A stretch of 63,923 bases of DNA, the filler included, from Bigelowiella natans CCMP2755 (lineage: Eukaryota; Protista; Cercozoa): the NCBI GenBank assembly GCA_000320545.1. It is 8 parts of 8 records of this genome, joined end to end, with 100 filler letters (N's around TTAATTAATTAA, not from the genome) between each part and the next. Parts side by side here need not be neighbours in the genome. Positions count along the whole stretch, not along the records: positions 48,389 to 57,079 come from ADNK01001414.1; positions 57,180 to 58,636 come from ADNK01003422.1; positions 58,737 to 61,199 come from ADNK01001420.1; positions 61,300 to 63,923 come from ADNK01003070.1; 4 more parts are not named here. One strand, written 5' to 3'. Each line of letters opens with the position of its first letter. The first letter of the stretch is position 1. Under the pieces are notes generated by a model. The model saw only the letters and a list, made by a program, of their open reading frames with translations, ran no database searches and was not told the origin of the DNA. Shown here piece by piece: positions 51,284-63,923 of this stretch. Both the position numbers and the translations under genes were made by a program.

Positions 51284-52543
51284 TCATATCAGATCCTGAT
51301 GTAGATTGGCCATTCTTTTCTTTGAGTTCTTTCCTCTTTTTGCTCTGACCTCATCCCCATTTAGTGGAATATCCACAAGTTTTTGCAGCTCAGGTGGGGG
51401 ACGAGTCATGTTACTAGTTTTGGTCTCTCTCTGCATTATTCTGGAAACGTCGCTTTTTAGCTGCTCAGCGTTCCAATTTCCCATGATTTTATCCATTCGG
51501 TCACACTCTGCGTTGTATCCGTCTATTCGCACCTGTCGCCGATTCACACCAACATCAAGGACTACCCCGAAATGGATGAATCATAATCTGATCTGGGAAA
51601 AAATTGTCAGAATGTCCCCGTTGAGATTAAAAAAATATACCGTGAGTTTCTTGAGACCCTCCTTCCCCTCGTCCTCCTCGCCCTTTTCATCTTTTCCTGA
51701 AGAAGTTTTTTCTCTCGCTTTCTTCTCTATCTCATGGATCTCCTCCTGAATCTCCTCAATCGGTTTGGTTCTCAGATATTCCATCACCGGCGTGGGTCGA
51801 GGAGGCTGGCCCGGGATAGTTGGCATTGGTAGAAAGGGGTCTGCAGTTTATTGCGAATTAGAATGCAGTCATTGCAGCAGAAACATAAAATCCATTTACT
51901 GGTCGGCTGTATCCGTTGCTTTCTGAGGAGAGCATAGGTCGCTTTGTCTTGCAGAGACTCATGGAGTTTTTGCATTTGAGTGAAGAGTATCTCATATTCT
52001 CTAAGGTATTCGGGCCTGGCAAGAGAAATTGTTGGCTCGCTCAATATTCGAAGATAAATCCAATCGATGATAAACTTTGTTGAAACAACAGAGAATTGCG
52101 CACCATGTCTTGAAGGATCGATTGACAAACCCCGCTGTGTTGGTCTCCTGTGACAAAGTGGCATAAACACAAGCCAGATATTATCCTTTTGAGGTAAATA
52201 TTTGGATGGTGTGCTCATATTTTCCATGGCAACCTCTATCGTTCTTTTGATTCTTTCAATTGTCTTGCTAGCCTCGCTGGCTTGTCTTAGAAGGTTTTGG
52301 CGTTCATAGTCCAAATCATCTTGTGCCACTCTTCTCTGAGATATTCAACACATCAAACATAGCCCATGGATGAATGCGTTCATCATTTTGTGCCCAAAGC
52401 TGCTTCATCCTAGCCAAAAGACTTAGATAATGCTGAGGCTGCGGGATTCATAGCTTTGCACGAGAATGCTAGCCCAATGTATAATGCCACAAAGTGCGCA
52501 TATCAGTGAGACCAAAAGTTTATGAACATTTAAGTACAACCAT
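51284..52543 (-). CDS. MED8: Mediator subunit 8-like protein (start uncertain)
   Basis: PEYLREYEILFTQMQKLHESL...LLRKQRIQP, PVMEYLRTKPIEEIQE and QVRIDGYNAECDRM parallel the Med8 motifs (WPS.LD.F..L..QL..L; VPD.LRTKP.PEVE; IQ..N..C). Confidence 0.6.
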
Positions 52544-53121
52544 GGCCGCCAATTTAAGCCGTACGGTCTGGTTGGCTGCCTTCCCCCCCCCCTCTTTCGA
52601 CGTTTGTTCTGTCTGTCAGTCCCGCTGGAAATTTTATGTTGTTTGTGTTGTTTGTTTAGTTAGTTATTCTGTTCGCGTCCTTGATTGTTGTTTGTGTTGT
52701 TTGTGTTGCCATAACACACAAACGGGTTTTCATCGATTTTTCTGGTTTTGCACCAGACAACAATGCGACAAAAATTTTGCCATGTTCCATCAATCATGCA
52801 ATTTCTGACTTTCGCAATGCTCCGTCATGAGACAACATCCACTGTGAAAATCACTTCGGTGAAGTAACACAGCTGGGAAGTCAAGGACGCGAACAGAATG
52901 ACTATAACTAGATCTAACTGACTAGGCTAGAGTCTGGGGCGCATTGAGGAGCAGAAATCTCATCGGCGAAATTATTTAGATCTATCTAGCTCCGTAACTG
53001 TTGACACTTTTAGAGGCCGTGGTGTCGCTGCATGATGAAGATGTCTGTACGAGCAGAAACAGTGGGGATTTTACCCCTACGACAAATAGATAGATGCTAC
53101 AGTCGCTGTGAAGATGCCGCC

Positions 53122-55007
53122 ATGTCTGGGAATCGAAACTCCACACTGATCCAATTGCCAATTCCCTTATCCGCAACACTTTCCACCATCTCCGTCGTCC
53201 AGTTATCGCAGCATGTTCCAAGCCGTGACGAAAAACAACGTGCCTCTTCTCAAAAAATTGATAGAGGAGAAGGCAGATGTCAATCAGAAGAATCAAAGTA
53301 CGAGGCAGTAGTCGTTGTAATTGCATGATGATAAAGCTCGCTTCATATTTAGAAGTTTTGGTAGCTCTGCTGTCCTTGTTCAGAATTATTAGTGTTTAGA
53401 AGTGTTGAGTAAGTGATAGAGCTACTGATGCCACTGCTCGAAGAACAAATAAGGGTTGTGCGAGGATACGCGAATGATTTTTTTTAAGAAGAGGGAAGAA
53501 TAGTTGATTGGATAAGCATTGTGAATTGACAATAATATTGATGGCCGATGCATGAGGACACTGAACTAGTTGGTAGCTGGGATTGGTATTAACGGCTATT
53601 GTTAGGGATGCGTGTAGTGGTTCGTAGGTTATGAGCCATAGATTGTTAGGTGTTGGCTATAGGATATATATTGACATTCAGCATTGTTGTTTTTGTTGTT
53701 GCTGTTCTTCGGTATATTTGGTTTCGTTTACCATAAGAATATACGATGGTGATGTGGGGGGCTTTGGAACGTAGCTTTGAAGCTGTAAAGTTTCTGGTTG
53801 AAAATAAGGCAAATATTGAGACGATTTCCGACAGAGGTGACTCGCAAGCTGCACCAACGCAGTAGTTGCAATACTGATTAAATGAGAGTATATTCCCTTC
53901 GCATTTAGTAGTGGTAATACTAGTTGTAGTAGGTGTAGCGTTGAGCGGGTAATTGTGGTTTAGTATACTAGTAGCAGCAGTAGCAGCAGCAACAGTAGAA
54001 CAGTAGAGGAGAGCTAATGGGGGCGACGCGAACATGTTCCAGGAGGATAGAATAGTAATAGTTAGCTGCTTGAATATGTCTAATTGATATTATTCATGAC
54101 GGCTACGTGAGGAATGTAACAACTAGCTGGTGGCTGGGTTAGGCGGTGTAAGTGATAAGTGTACGTTGTTGATATAGATGAGTGTGATGAGTGTCATGGT
54201 TTGAAGGCCATGTACCAGTTACGAAGGTTATTTAGATATTGGTGTAGGGAGGGTTATTCGCGCAGTCATTATAATTATAATAAATATTGCTTGTCGGCTA
54301 CTATGATTTCGCATACTACAAGGCACGGCCCTATTCTTTGCTAGCCATTCTGGTGATTTGAGGATCGCCAAGTATCTGGTTAGTAAGAAGGCAGATGTAA
54401 ATGAGGAAGCTGGCGGTAGGTTATAGCAGTAATATTAGTAACGAAGCAATGGTTTCAGTGTTGATTGAGTGATAGTGGTGTTAAATTCAATGCTTCATGG
54501 TAGTAGAGAAGAGTCAAAAGAGGGTTTCCAAGAAGGAGGATAGAATAGTTGATTGGTTGAATGTGTTCAATTGCTATTACTGTTGTGATAGATTGATGAG
54601 AAATACGAATGCGTTCCTTGGCATATTTGCCTCTTTCTACCATCAGGTCATACGTTAGTTGGTTTGGCAGCAAGGGAGGGTCACCACGGCGTCGTAAGGT
54701 ATCTATGTGGTATGAAGGCAAATACTGAGATCATAGACATCGAAGGTTCGTTGCAGCAACATCGCTAGCGTTGAGGCATTCAAGTATTGATCGAATGATG
54801 TTTAAGTATTTAGTTAGTAGTAGTAGGAATAATAGAAGTAGAAGAGGGGAATAAGCATCCTGATTTCAACATTTGAACGGTTTTTTTTAAGGTGAATTGT
54901 TCATTTACTACAAATTATTGCACATCCACATCAAAAATGCAAATTTATGCCTAACACTTTTATTAAAATAGTTACTTTACCTCACCAAAGCGTCAATTGT
55001 GCTCGGC

Positions 55008-55057
<50 letters not shown>

Positions 55058-56352
55058 TTATGTTGTTTTTTTACGTGGCTAAATTTGATTTTATTACCGC
55101 AAGGTAATACACCGGTAACACACGCCCTCGTTAAGGGTCATTACGATGTCCTCACGTGTCTGATTGAGCAAAAAGCAAATATTGAAGGCCAAAACGAAAA
55201 CGGTGAGAGTAATTAGACAGACGAGAAACAAAGATGGATTCAACTTGCTGGTGGCTGTGATGTATATTAATCTTCGTTGTTGATATTGATATGTAAAACG
55301 GTTTTTGGTCGCAGCTCATGACTTGACCTAATATGTGGTGTGGTGAATCGAAGGCATTCCGCCATTGCTTCTTGCAGTTGAGCATCAGAGACTGAACATG
55401 GTCAAATATCTGGTTGGAAGAAAGGCCAATATAGAGGCGAGGGGCAAGCAAGGTGCGAGCAACTGGCGCTAGCAGCAGCATATTGTAGAAATTTAGTTTG
55501 TTGGTAGTCAGTTTAGTACGTAGTAGTTACTAGGTTAATTCGTTAGTAATTCGTTAATTGACTTTTTTCCCCCGGCCATGGGATCGAGGCAGGGAAGATA
55601 AAATATGAATCAATACGTCAAAATTAACAAATTCTTGGAGGAAGGGAAAGGAAGAGAGGGAGAGAAGGAGTGTTGGTTCTTCACCCGGCTGAGTAGAAGC
55701 AATAGTAGTGTTAGTAAACAGTTAGTTATCAGTGTAGGAACAGCAATGGTGGTGTAGAAGGCAGTTTTGGTCATGCTCTCATGCGTGTTTTCATGTGTTT
55801 GTGTGGGTACAAGTTTGTATATGTGTATGCATTCCACACATGAAGGTGCGTACGTGGAAGCACAGAAGGGGAACTTTTTTTTTTTTATTGTTTCCCCCTT
55901 TTCTGTCATTTCATTTCAATCTTCTTTTTTGTTGTTTTTGGTGGTGTTGATATGCATGAATAGGACCTGAAAAGAAAAAATAATATGACTCAAGCAAATA
56001 TTTGTTTGGTACATTTTAGGTGAAACGCCATTGCTACTTGCTTTTGCATGTGACACTGGCAATCTCGACATCATCAAGTACCTAGTTGTGATGAAGGCCA
56101 ACATCGAAGCGCGCTCCAGTTATGGTGCGGGGAACTAGCGCTAGCAGCAGCACTTTGTAGCGGTTTAGTTGGTTAGTAGTTGGTTTAGTTCGTCGTAGTT
56201 GGAAAGTTAATTATATAGTAGTTGGAAGATTGAGACAGGGTAGCTCAAATGTGAATGGGGAAGGAGATAAAGGAAGCAAGGGAGAAAAAAAGAAGGAGAG
56301 AAGAAGAGGAAGAAGGAGTGGCGATTCTTCACACAGTTTAGGAGTACAATTA

Positions 56353-56389
<37 letters not shown>

Positions 56390-56442
56390 TAAGTAGTAGT
56401 AATAATAGAAAGAAGAACAGTGGCGGTGCAGAAGACAGTGTT

Positions 56443-56519
<77 letters not shown>

Positions 56520-56676
56520 ATGTATACAACACATGCATACGTGTAAGTAGCAGAGAACAGAGGTTTTCCTTCATTCTCCCTCTTTATTTCCCCTCTTCCC
56601 TGATTTCATCTCAATGTTTGTGGTTGTTCAAGGATACATGAACATGACCTGAAGATAACCCAATTCATGACTCGAG

Positions 56677-56717
<41 letters not shown>

Positions 56718-56855
56718 TGGTACATTTTAGGCCAAACGTCTTTGGAAATGGCAGTCCGGATTAAGAGTGGTGACGAGACTGAGGAGAGTCTTGAACGGAT
56801 CCGGTACCTCATTGGTAGTAAGGCCAACATCGAGGCGAAGTCTAGAGGCTCCGGT
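53122..56855 (+). CDS. Ankyrin-repeat protein, one repeat per exon (continues toward gap; start uncertain)
   Basis: Seven exons such as GNTPVTHALVKGHYDVLTCLIEQKANIE, GIPPLLLAVEHQRLNMVKYLVGRKANIE and GETPLLLAFACDTGNLDIIKYLVVMKANIE. Confidence 0.88.
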
Positions 56856-57371
56856 GCGAGAAATTTGCGAAAGCAGCAGCGTTTCGTAGCAGATCAGTCT
56901 GTTGCGTAGTTCTGTTAATTCGTAGTAGCAGTAGTAGTAGTAGTAGTAAGTAGTAGGTAAGTGATTTAATAGTCTGGGGTTTTTACCGGTGGAGGATGAG
57001 ATAGGGTATCATAAATTCTGGGAGGGAGGGAAATGAGGCGAGAGAGAGAGAGAGAGGAGGGAGGGGGGGAGGGGGGGGGNNNNNNNNNNNNNNNNNNNNN
57101 NNNNNNNNNNNNNNNNNNNNNNNTTAATTAATTAANNNNNNNNNNNNNNNNNNNNNNNNNNNNNNNNNNNNNNNNNNNNCGCAACACACCGCAGATCTCT
57201 CTCTCTCTCTTTCTCTTTCTCTTTCTTTCCGTTTTGATCATACGTACAAAAACACGCATCCGTACCATCCTACCTCGATGCGTATATGATGATGTATATG
57301 ATGATGATGATGATGATGATGATGTTCTTTAATTTCACAGGGCGAGTGTACCTTGGGAACGAATCGACTAA

Positions 57372-57405
<34 letters not shown>

Positions 57406-57485
57406 ACATTTAGATATTATTATAAATATATCAATATTTTGAAGATCTCAAGTATCACTCACCCTCCCCCCACCTTCTCTGTCCG

Positions 57486-57521
<36 letters not shown>

Positions 57522-57758
57522 TATAATTGAACACACGCATATGTGTGGCATGCGCATAGAAAAGACGGCAGTTCTCAAATATAGTATATGCATGTATAAA
57601 TGGGCTTCGATGTTGCATCATATCTATTCCACCCCCCCCCACCCCTCCCGGTTGTCAGATGTCTTTCTCGGACAAGAACTTTGCCAAGAATGGGAGCTCT
57701 ACTATCATTTTCAAATTTCACCCAGTAGTATTGCAGTAGCATTCATATGTGTGATATA

Positions 57759-57790
<32 letters not shown>

Positions 57791-58022
57791 ACACACTCTT
57801 CGAGATATATGGATTGAGTGAATACATCCCTCAAAGTCTTTTTAATTAATAGAATCATACACACACACACATACACACACACAAGCACTGCTGTATTGCC
57901 TTTTGTGTAAACTCATGTTTCCAAATGATAATGAACGATAACGTTGTCGTCATGCTGCTCTGGTAGGCCGATGATATCCGTCAATATTGCCTCAAAACCT
58001 GGAATAAAAATTGGGTTGTTGC

Positions 58023-58058
<36 letters not shown>

Positions 58059-58349
58059 CACCTTTCATCTAAACTGATAATTCGAAACGATAATGTTATC
58101 GTAATTTCTGCTACGATTGTAGGCGGTTGATAGGCGGGTGATGTTTTAGCAATAGTGATCATAACGTATTTATCAATCACTACTGACGACCTGCTGTCAA
58201 TTATCATCCGTTTTCAATGCAAAACCATCTCATAGTATAACATCATAAACTTCAGAATAAGCAGCAGCGTCGCAAATTCGATGATTCTGACCTCAAAAAA
58301 GCTACAAAGAGCTCTCGCAAGGCAATACACACATAAAATATATAATTAG

Positions 58350-58380
<31 letters not shown>

Positions 58381-58746
58381 CAATTATTATTCATTTATTG
58401 GGTAGTTGTATGTGTAGTTGAATATGATATACGCCTCTCCCCCCCCCCCCAACCCCCCTTTTCGGGATAATCGGTGGGGGGACCGGAATCGGGTTTTGCC
58501 GTTTTAACGGGGGGGAAACATCCCCAGGGACCTGGGGCGGGGGGGGCCCCCCGGCCGGCTCCCCCGGAAAAAAGCCATAAAGATTTTTTTATTTTGATAG
58601 ATATTTTTCTGGGGGGGGGGGGGGGGGGGGGGCGTANNNNNNNNNNNNNNNNNNNNNNNNNNNNNNNNNNNNNNNNNNNNTTAATTAATTAANNNNNNNN
58701 NNNNNNNNNNNNNNNNNNNNNNNNNNNNNNNNNNNNTTTTACATAG

Positions 58747-60256
58747 AAACCGAGCGCAAAAAGGTAATAAGAACTTCTAGATCAGAATTTTGTGATTACC
58801 GATAAATTACCTCACGATTATCATAGGGTGTTCCAGGAGGTCCAGCGAGGACTACTGCTACGGCTCCGGCATCAAATTCCCAGAGGTAGTAGAATATTCT
58901 TTTTGTGAATCTACTGCACTGCTAATATCTTTTCATATAGTTCCGGAACTTCACCTGCCACCACTACACCTTCGGCGTCGACGGCGACGACGACTCCGGC
59001 GACTCCGACTCCCACTCCTGCTCCCAGTGCAGCGACCACTGGTACAATTTTTAATGTAATTTCCAAAAGTTCTTCTCACAAACATTTTTTTGTAGAAAAC
59101 AAGAGCACTACTACACCTACAAGCAGCTCGAATTCAGATTCGAAGGCCAGTGCTACCGTCAGCAGCGCATCGTCGGATCTTGTCTTGGTAAATATCACTC
59201 GTAATGATCTATTTCGATACCTAAATTCCAATTAACATATTTGAAAGGGGGAGAAGTACAACGAAACTGTTGTCGGGTTGATGCAAATGACGGGCAAATC
59301 GCACGAACATGTTGTAATGGCACTCCGGGCAAGCTTCAACAATCCAAACAGAGCGGCAGATCTTCTGTTCTCGGTAAACAAATGTGCGAACATGTTCAGT
59401 CAGTATTCTAAAAAATGTTATTGCACCAGGGTGCTTCTATGCAAAGCTTGGCACAGATGGCAGCCCAAATGGGTGGAGGTGGGTCAAGTTCAGGAGGCTC
59501 AAGCGGAGCAAGCGGTGGAGCTAGTGAAGGAAGTTCTAGTGGGGGAGGAAGTGGAGGCGGGGCCGTGAGCCCTCAATTAGCACAAATGCTACAAGGCCTT
59601 CAAAACTCACCACAAGCTGGACAGCTGAGACAGATGTTCCAACAGAACCCCCAGGCTGCCGTACAATTCTTGCAAACAATAGCTCGAGACAATCCTCAGG
59701 TCTACATTTACTCGATTTACCTCGTGTTTTCCTAAATCATAGAAATCTTGCAGTTGATGCAACTCATCGGCCAAAATCGTGAAGCATTCTTGCAAGCAAT
59801 TATGGGAGGAGGCGGGGGAGGAGGAAGCTCGACTGCTGGTCCAACTGGTGGGAGCGGTGGCGGACCGGTAGATTCACAAATCAATCTCTTGGAACCGTTC
59901 TAAACATCCTTAACTGTTTTTATAGCCTGGTACCATGACAGTATCCCTTACTCTAGAGGAGAAGGAGGGACTAGACAACGTAATATATTTTTGACCTTCC
60001 CTCATGAAAATCCTTTTAATCAATCTAATATCCCCAATATCAGCTTGTTAATATGCTTGGATACTCGAGGGATCAAGTTATAAGAGCATTTCTCATCTGC
60101 GATAGAAACATTGAATATACTGCAAATTACTTGATGAACAATGAGTCACGTCAAGGTATGGAAGGGGTTGAGTTCACTGATGGTTCAAACGCGGGGGGTG
60201 GTGGTTCGGGAGAAACCGAGGAGAAAAAAGACGAGGAAAGTAAGAAGCCAGAATAG
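58747..60256 (+). CDS. RAD23: RAD23 ubiquitin receptor (UBA1-STI1/XPC-binding-UBA2; UBL lost in gap)
   Basis: GEKYNETVVGLMQM...VVMALRASFNNPNRAADLLFS; LQNSPQAGQLRQMFQQNPQ...IARDNPQ; LGYSRDQVIRAFLICDRNIEYTANYLM. Confidence 0.92.
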
Positions 60257-60751
60257 ACAATATCTACATTTAACTATGTGCCGCCCTGAATAGGGAATCA
60301 ATTAAGTTTGCAAGCTGAACAAGTTTGCTCTTTCTGATGATGATTTAAGCTGATAGTGATGTTAATAGTTATTGTTATACAAAATAGACAAATAATTTGC
60401 TAGTTTGTGCTGCTGTTTTGCCGGAAATAATGTGTGCACCAGGCAAAAATGACACCAAACGCACTGTGCCATCTAGGTGTGGCCGCGCATGTGCTAGCGT
60501 GTCGTAGGCTAGCAGGTGTTTGCAATGAGGCTAGCTAGATGGACGCACGACGCAACATCTGATCGACGCATGCAGCTTTGGCATGCCTAGATGCTAGCAT
60601 GGCACAATGTAGAGCATGCGCTCAATTGCATGTGAACATGTGAACTGAGCTTGTGTTCATCAATGGCATGGCTCTCTAGCTCTAGCTAGTTCGCGATCGG
60701 GCTGTCTCCTCGGTGAACGCCAGAACGAACGTGCTAACACAGCGCGTGTCA

Positions 60752-61199
60752 TGTAGCGCGTACCACTACGCGGGCACAAGTCACGTGCGACAACAAAGGG
60801 GTTGTCGCGGATATAGAATATAGATAACGTAGATATTAATACAGCATAGGCACGTGGGTTCCGGCGGGACTCATGGCAGCACACCGGAAGTGTGCTGCCC
60901 CACGTGCGGCGGCATTCGCGAAAGCTTCGCGAATGATTACGCAGTGCACGATTTAATAAAAATATAATCTTTAATAAAAATAAACACAACTCTTCAAAAG
61001 GAAGCAAACGTGCCTTTCCCCCCCCCTGCCTACTTGTGCACGTAGCGCCTCGGCCTGTGAACACCTTACGCGCAACAACCTTTGGCTTCCACACACGGGA
61101 ACGATTTGACTAACAATGTCACAGCAGCTAGAAGAACAGCAGACTTTTGCTCGCATGCCGTGCAAGGGCACGAGGCAGAAACAGAAAGGAAGGGCGATT
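60752..61199 (+). mobile_element. Ty3/Gypsy element copy 3 (5' LTR 60752-61077, PBS, start of gag), cut by gap
   Basis: Same LTR, PBS and ATGTCACAGCAG start as copy 1. Confidence 0.94.
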
Positions 61200-62631
61200 N
61201 NNNNNNNNNNNNNNNNNNNNNNNNNNNNNNNNNNNNNNNNNNNTTAATTAATTAANNNNNNNNNNNNNNNNNNNNNNNNNNNNNNNNNNNNNNNNNNNNG
61301 CAAAGCTCAATCTCGTCCAACCTTCTCTGATGATCGTCGCGCACGATGCTCCGAGCAGGATGCGACGAAGCGAAGAGAGTCGGGCAGCTTTGAACGCACC
61401 TCGCGTCCGGAATGAGGCCATCGTCGACAGGGAATATATCGGGGAGAGAACGCGGGCGGTGCAGCGTCGCGTCCGTCCGGGGGGCGTTGTGTGCTTGGGT
61501 AGTGAGCACACGCGTCGCCGTCGCCGTCGTCGTCGGTTCCGACCAGGAATGGAAGCACACTTGATGTTGAGCAAAGAAAGTGTTTTGAGTTCCGAATTCC
61601 ATCATGCGCCACGACAAACGAGTAGACGCTACGAAGCAATCGCCTGCATTTCCGACTGAAAAATGCGGGGGGGTTGACAAGGTCTCGGGAATGGCCGCTC
61701 CTCGCAGTGGAATGCGAGATTCGTCGTTGGAGTTGGTGAGCAAGTGATCATCACTCACTCGCATTGATGAGACGTCTGTGGTCATTTTTCCAGCTAACCA
61801 GGTCTGGGGGTGCAGTGACGAAAGAACATGCACGCATTTCTGAAGTGCGATCAGCACAGATCGAACACCGGACGCGCACATTGCTGTTGGGGGCTCTGAT
61901 GCATGCCGGCTTGCGGGCACAGGAAAGACACGTTGTGAATCCCAGCACATTGAATGCACGCACACGTCGGATCACATCAGTGCAAGGACGTTCACAAGGA
62001 CATGCAAACGAATCCGATGTCGTGACAGGCACTGCTAGACTGGCGCAACCAACGAGCTGCAACACGCAACGATGCAATGTGCGTGAAAGATATATACGTA
62101 TGTCTATAGTTGCACATGCATGTCTTCACTGTGTCTGTCATTGCACATGCCTTCATGTGAGCATACACACACACACACGCACACACATGCGCCACACGAA
62201 TTTGCACATCTAGACATGTGTGTGCCAGTCATCACATTCCGCATGTTCCAGATGTTGCAATGCTCATGGATCTGGAGTTGCATGTCAACTTTGTGCATTT
62301 GCCTGCGGTCAACTAGCTAGCATGCGTGATGCTCGCGTTGCTCCACATGGTCAGGTAACAAAAGGTTGAGCGCCGCAAAAGGCGCAGACAATCCATGACA
62401 CTACAAGGCTACACAGCGTACGCACGTACGAACACATGTAGTTCAGTGCACATGTTCTTTACAACACATGCTCTGTTTATGTGTATTTTTTACCCACACA
62501 TGTCCCACGAGTATATGTAGTTTAATATATACATTTTAACCACATATGTCTCAGGGAACATGTGTGCTTTTGACCCGGTACGCTCTATAGCCCTATAAGG
62601 CTATATAACAAACTGCAGAATAGAGCAGGCT

Positions 62632-62906
62632 CTAATTTTTTAGTAGCGCAGGTAGTGAAGGAACCACTCGTCCAATGTCCGCGAAGAGAACATTAGCAAC
62701 CAGAATCACCTACGGGAGATCAATTGTTACTTGCGAATAGCAGCACATTTCCTAGAAGAAAATATGTCTTAATTAGTATATCACTGCAATTTACCTCTCC
62801 CAGGCTATCCCCCCCCATTTCTCCCTCTCTCTGTCCCTCTCTTTTTGTGAGTGTGTGTTTAAACACACATATGCGCACATGCTTTCATCAAAACAAAGGG
62901 AATTGG

Positions 62907-62942
<36 letters not shown>

Positions 62943-63279
62943 GGGGGGGAGAGAGAAAACACAAGCCAAAGGCACGATGAAAACAAACATATACAGACAT
63001 ACACGTCGTACCGTTCCCCACACCACCGTGCAAATACAGACAAATCAATTCAGAATGAGGCAAAATGACTACCAGCAGCAAGCCCGAGATCTCCGTGACA
63101 ATTTCGATGGTTCTAGAAACGAATTCGAATCGTTGAAATGAATAAAATAACCCCTCCGTACTCTTCCCCTCCCGTCTCCCCCCTCCCTAGTTTTTGCCGA
63201 TCGACTTACTGTTGTGCTTTCTCAGGGATCTCTCGCTTTCCATACAACGCCAGCGCCAGTAAAGAAACAACCTACCGCA

Positions 63280-63311
<32 letters not shown>

Positions 63312-63318
63312 ATGTAGT

Positions 63319-63349
<31 letters not shown>

Positions 63350-63543
63350 CCGTTCGATGTCCGCGTGCACACACACCCGAGCTCCATCCAGCCCTGGAAT
63401 CGGCAAGGCATTGGCAGCGGCCAAGTTCAGATTGAGGGCTGCAAAGAACAAGAACGTTTCTGCTACGTCCCCTGTGCTGACGGTGTTGCTTCCCATTTGC
63501 GCCATGGAAAGAGGGCCTATGGGATGTTTGCATTCAAAGTTAT

Positions 63544-63616
<73 letters not shown>

Positions 63617-63740
63617 AAGCATCGATTAGCTCATGCCTCGCAATAGCATGGTCGAGGCATTCGAATAGTTGCCAGAAATCTAACACCGCCTATACGTTGA
63701 TGGTGCGCGTTGTGCTATTTATGCGTGTGAGTGTGTGTGT

Positions 63741-63819
<79 letters not shown>

Positions 63820-63923
63820 CTACACGAGAACTACCTGCAAACTCTGCTTTTGGGCGGGCGCTTGAGACACCACAATATCTGTCCACAACGATACAAAAGG
63901 GGGGGAGAGCACATATAACATAC
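62632..63923 (-). CDS. M50 intramembrane zinc metalloprotease, RseP/ARASP-like, 3' exons
   Basis: IGPLSMAQMG...FLFFAALNLNLAAANALPIPGLDGAR (NxLPxxxLDG motif)|VVSLLALALYGKREIPEK|..ISGLLL|VILVANVLFADIGR...*. Confidence 0.82.

Noticed and set aside
58430-58636. G/C homopolymer-rich stretch resembling a G-quadruplex or regulatory element
   Set aside because: Adjacent to a gap and looks like degraded sequencing-read tail.
41192-60751. Copies 2 and 3 as two ends of one element
   Set aside because: Opposite orientations, ~18 kb apart with genes between, and flanks differ (TTCA vs GTCA).
61090-61199. Indels and substitutions in copy 3 gag start suggesting a decayed copy
   Set aside because: They cluster at the contig end next to a gap while the LTR is intact; likely low-quality read tail.
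61252-62320. Many overlapping His/Cys-rich ORFs (also 21876-22329, 36986-37447, 40769-41237)
   Set aside because: By-product of TpA depletion removing TAA/TAG stops and Tyr codons; no domain recognised.

Overview
Intron-rich, microsatellite-rich eukaryotic (protist) genomic DNA in 8 contig pieces joined by 7 artificial 100-nt N/TTAATTAATTAA spacers. Ciliary genes, a plastid-type RseP protease, short introns and abundant simple repeats suggest a flagellated alga, possibly a chlorarachniophyte; this is inference only. Host genes recognised: FLZ zinc-finger protein, cytosolic carboxypeptidase (5' part), Hop1-like HORMA protein, Sel1-repeat protein, a CAMK kinase-RGS-globin/PH fusion, WD40 protein, LRRC51-like protein, sulfotransferase-like protein, DDX10/Dbp4 (3' part), MED8-like, ankyrin-repeat protein, RAD23 and RseP/M50 (3' part). 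There are three near-identical copies (one complete) of a young Ty3/Gypsy LTR retrotransposon. Two main observations: (1) its polyprotein ends, where a chromodomain often sits, in a domain resembling the Dam-type N6-adenine methyltransferase of DIRS elements; (2) the spacers between convergent genes are depleted of TpA, rich in TpG/CpA and rich in CTAG while keeping CpG. This points to a TpA-directed T:A>C:G erosion process in intergenic DNA, the reverse of RIP. Exon boundaries were inferred by eye and are approximate; dinucleotide counts are manual estimates.
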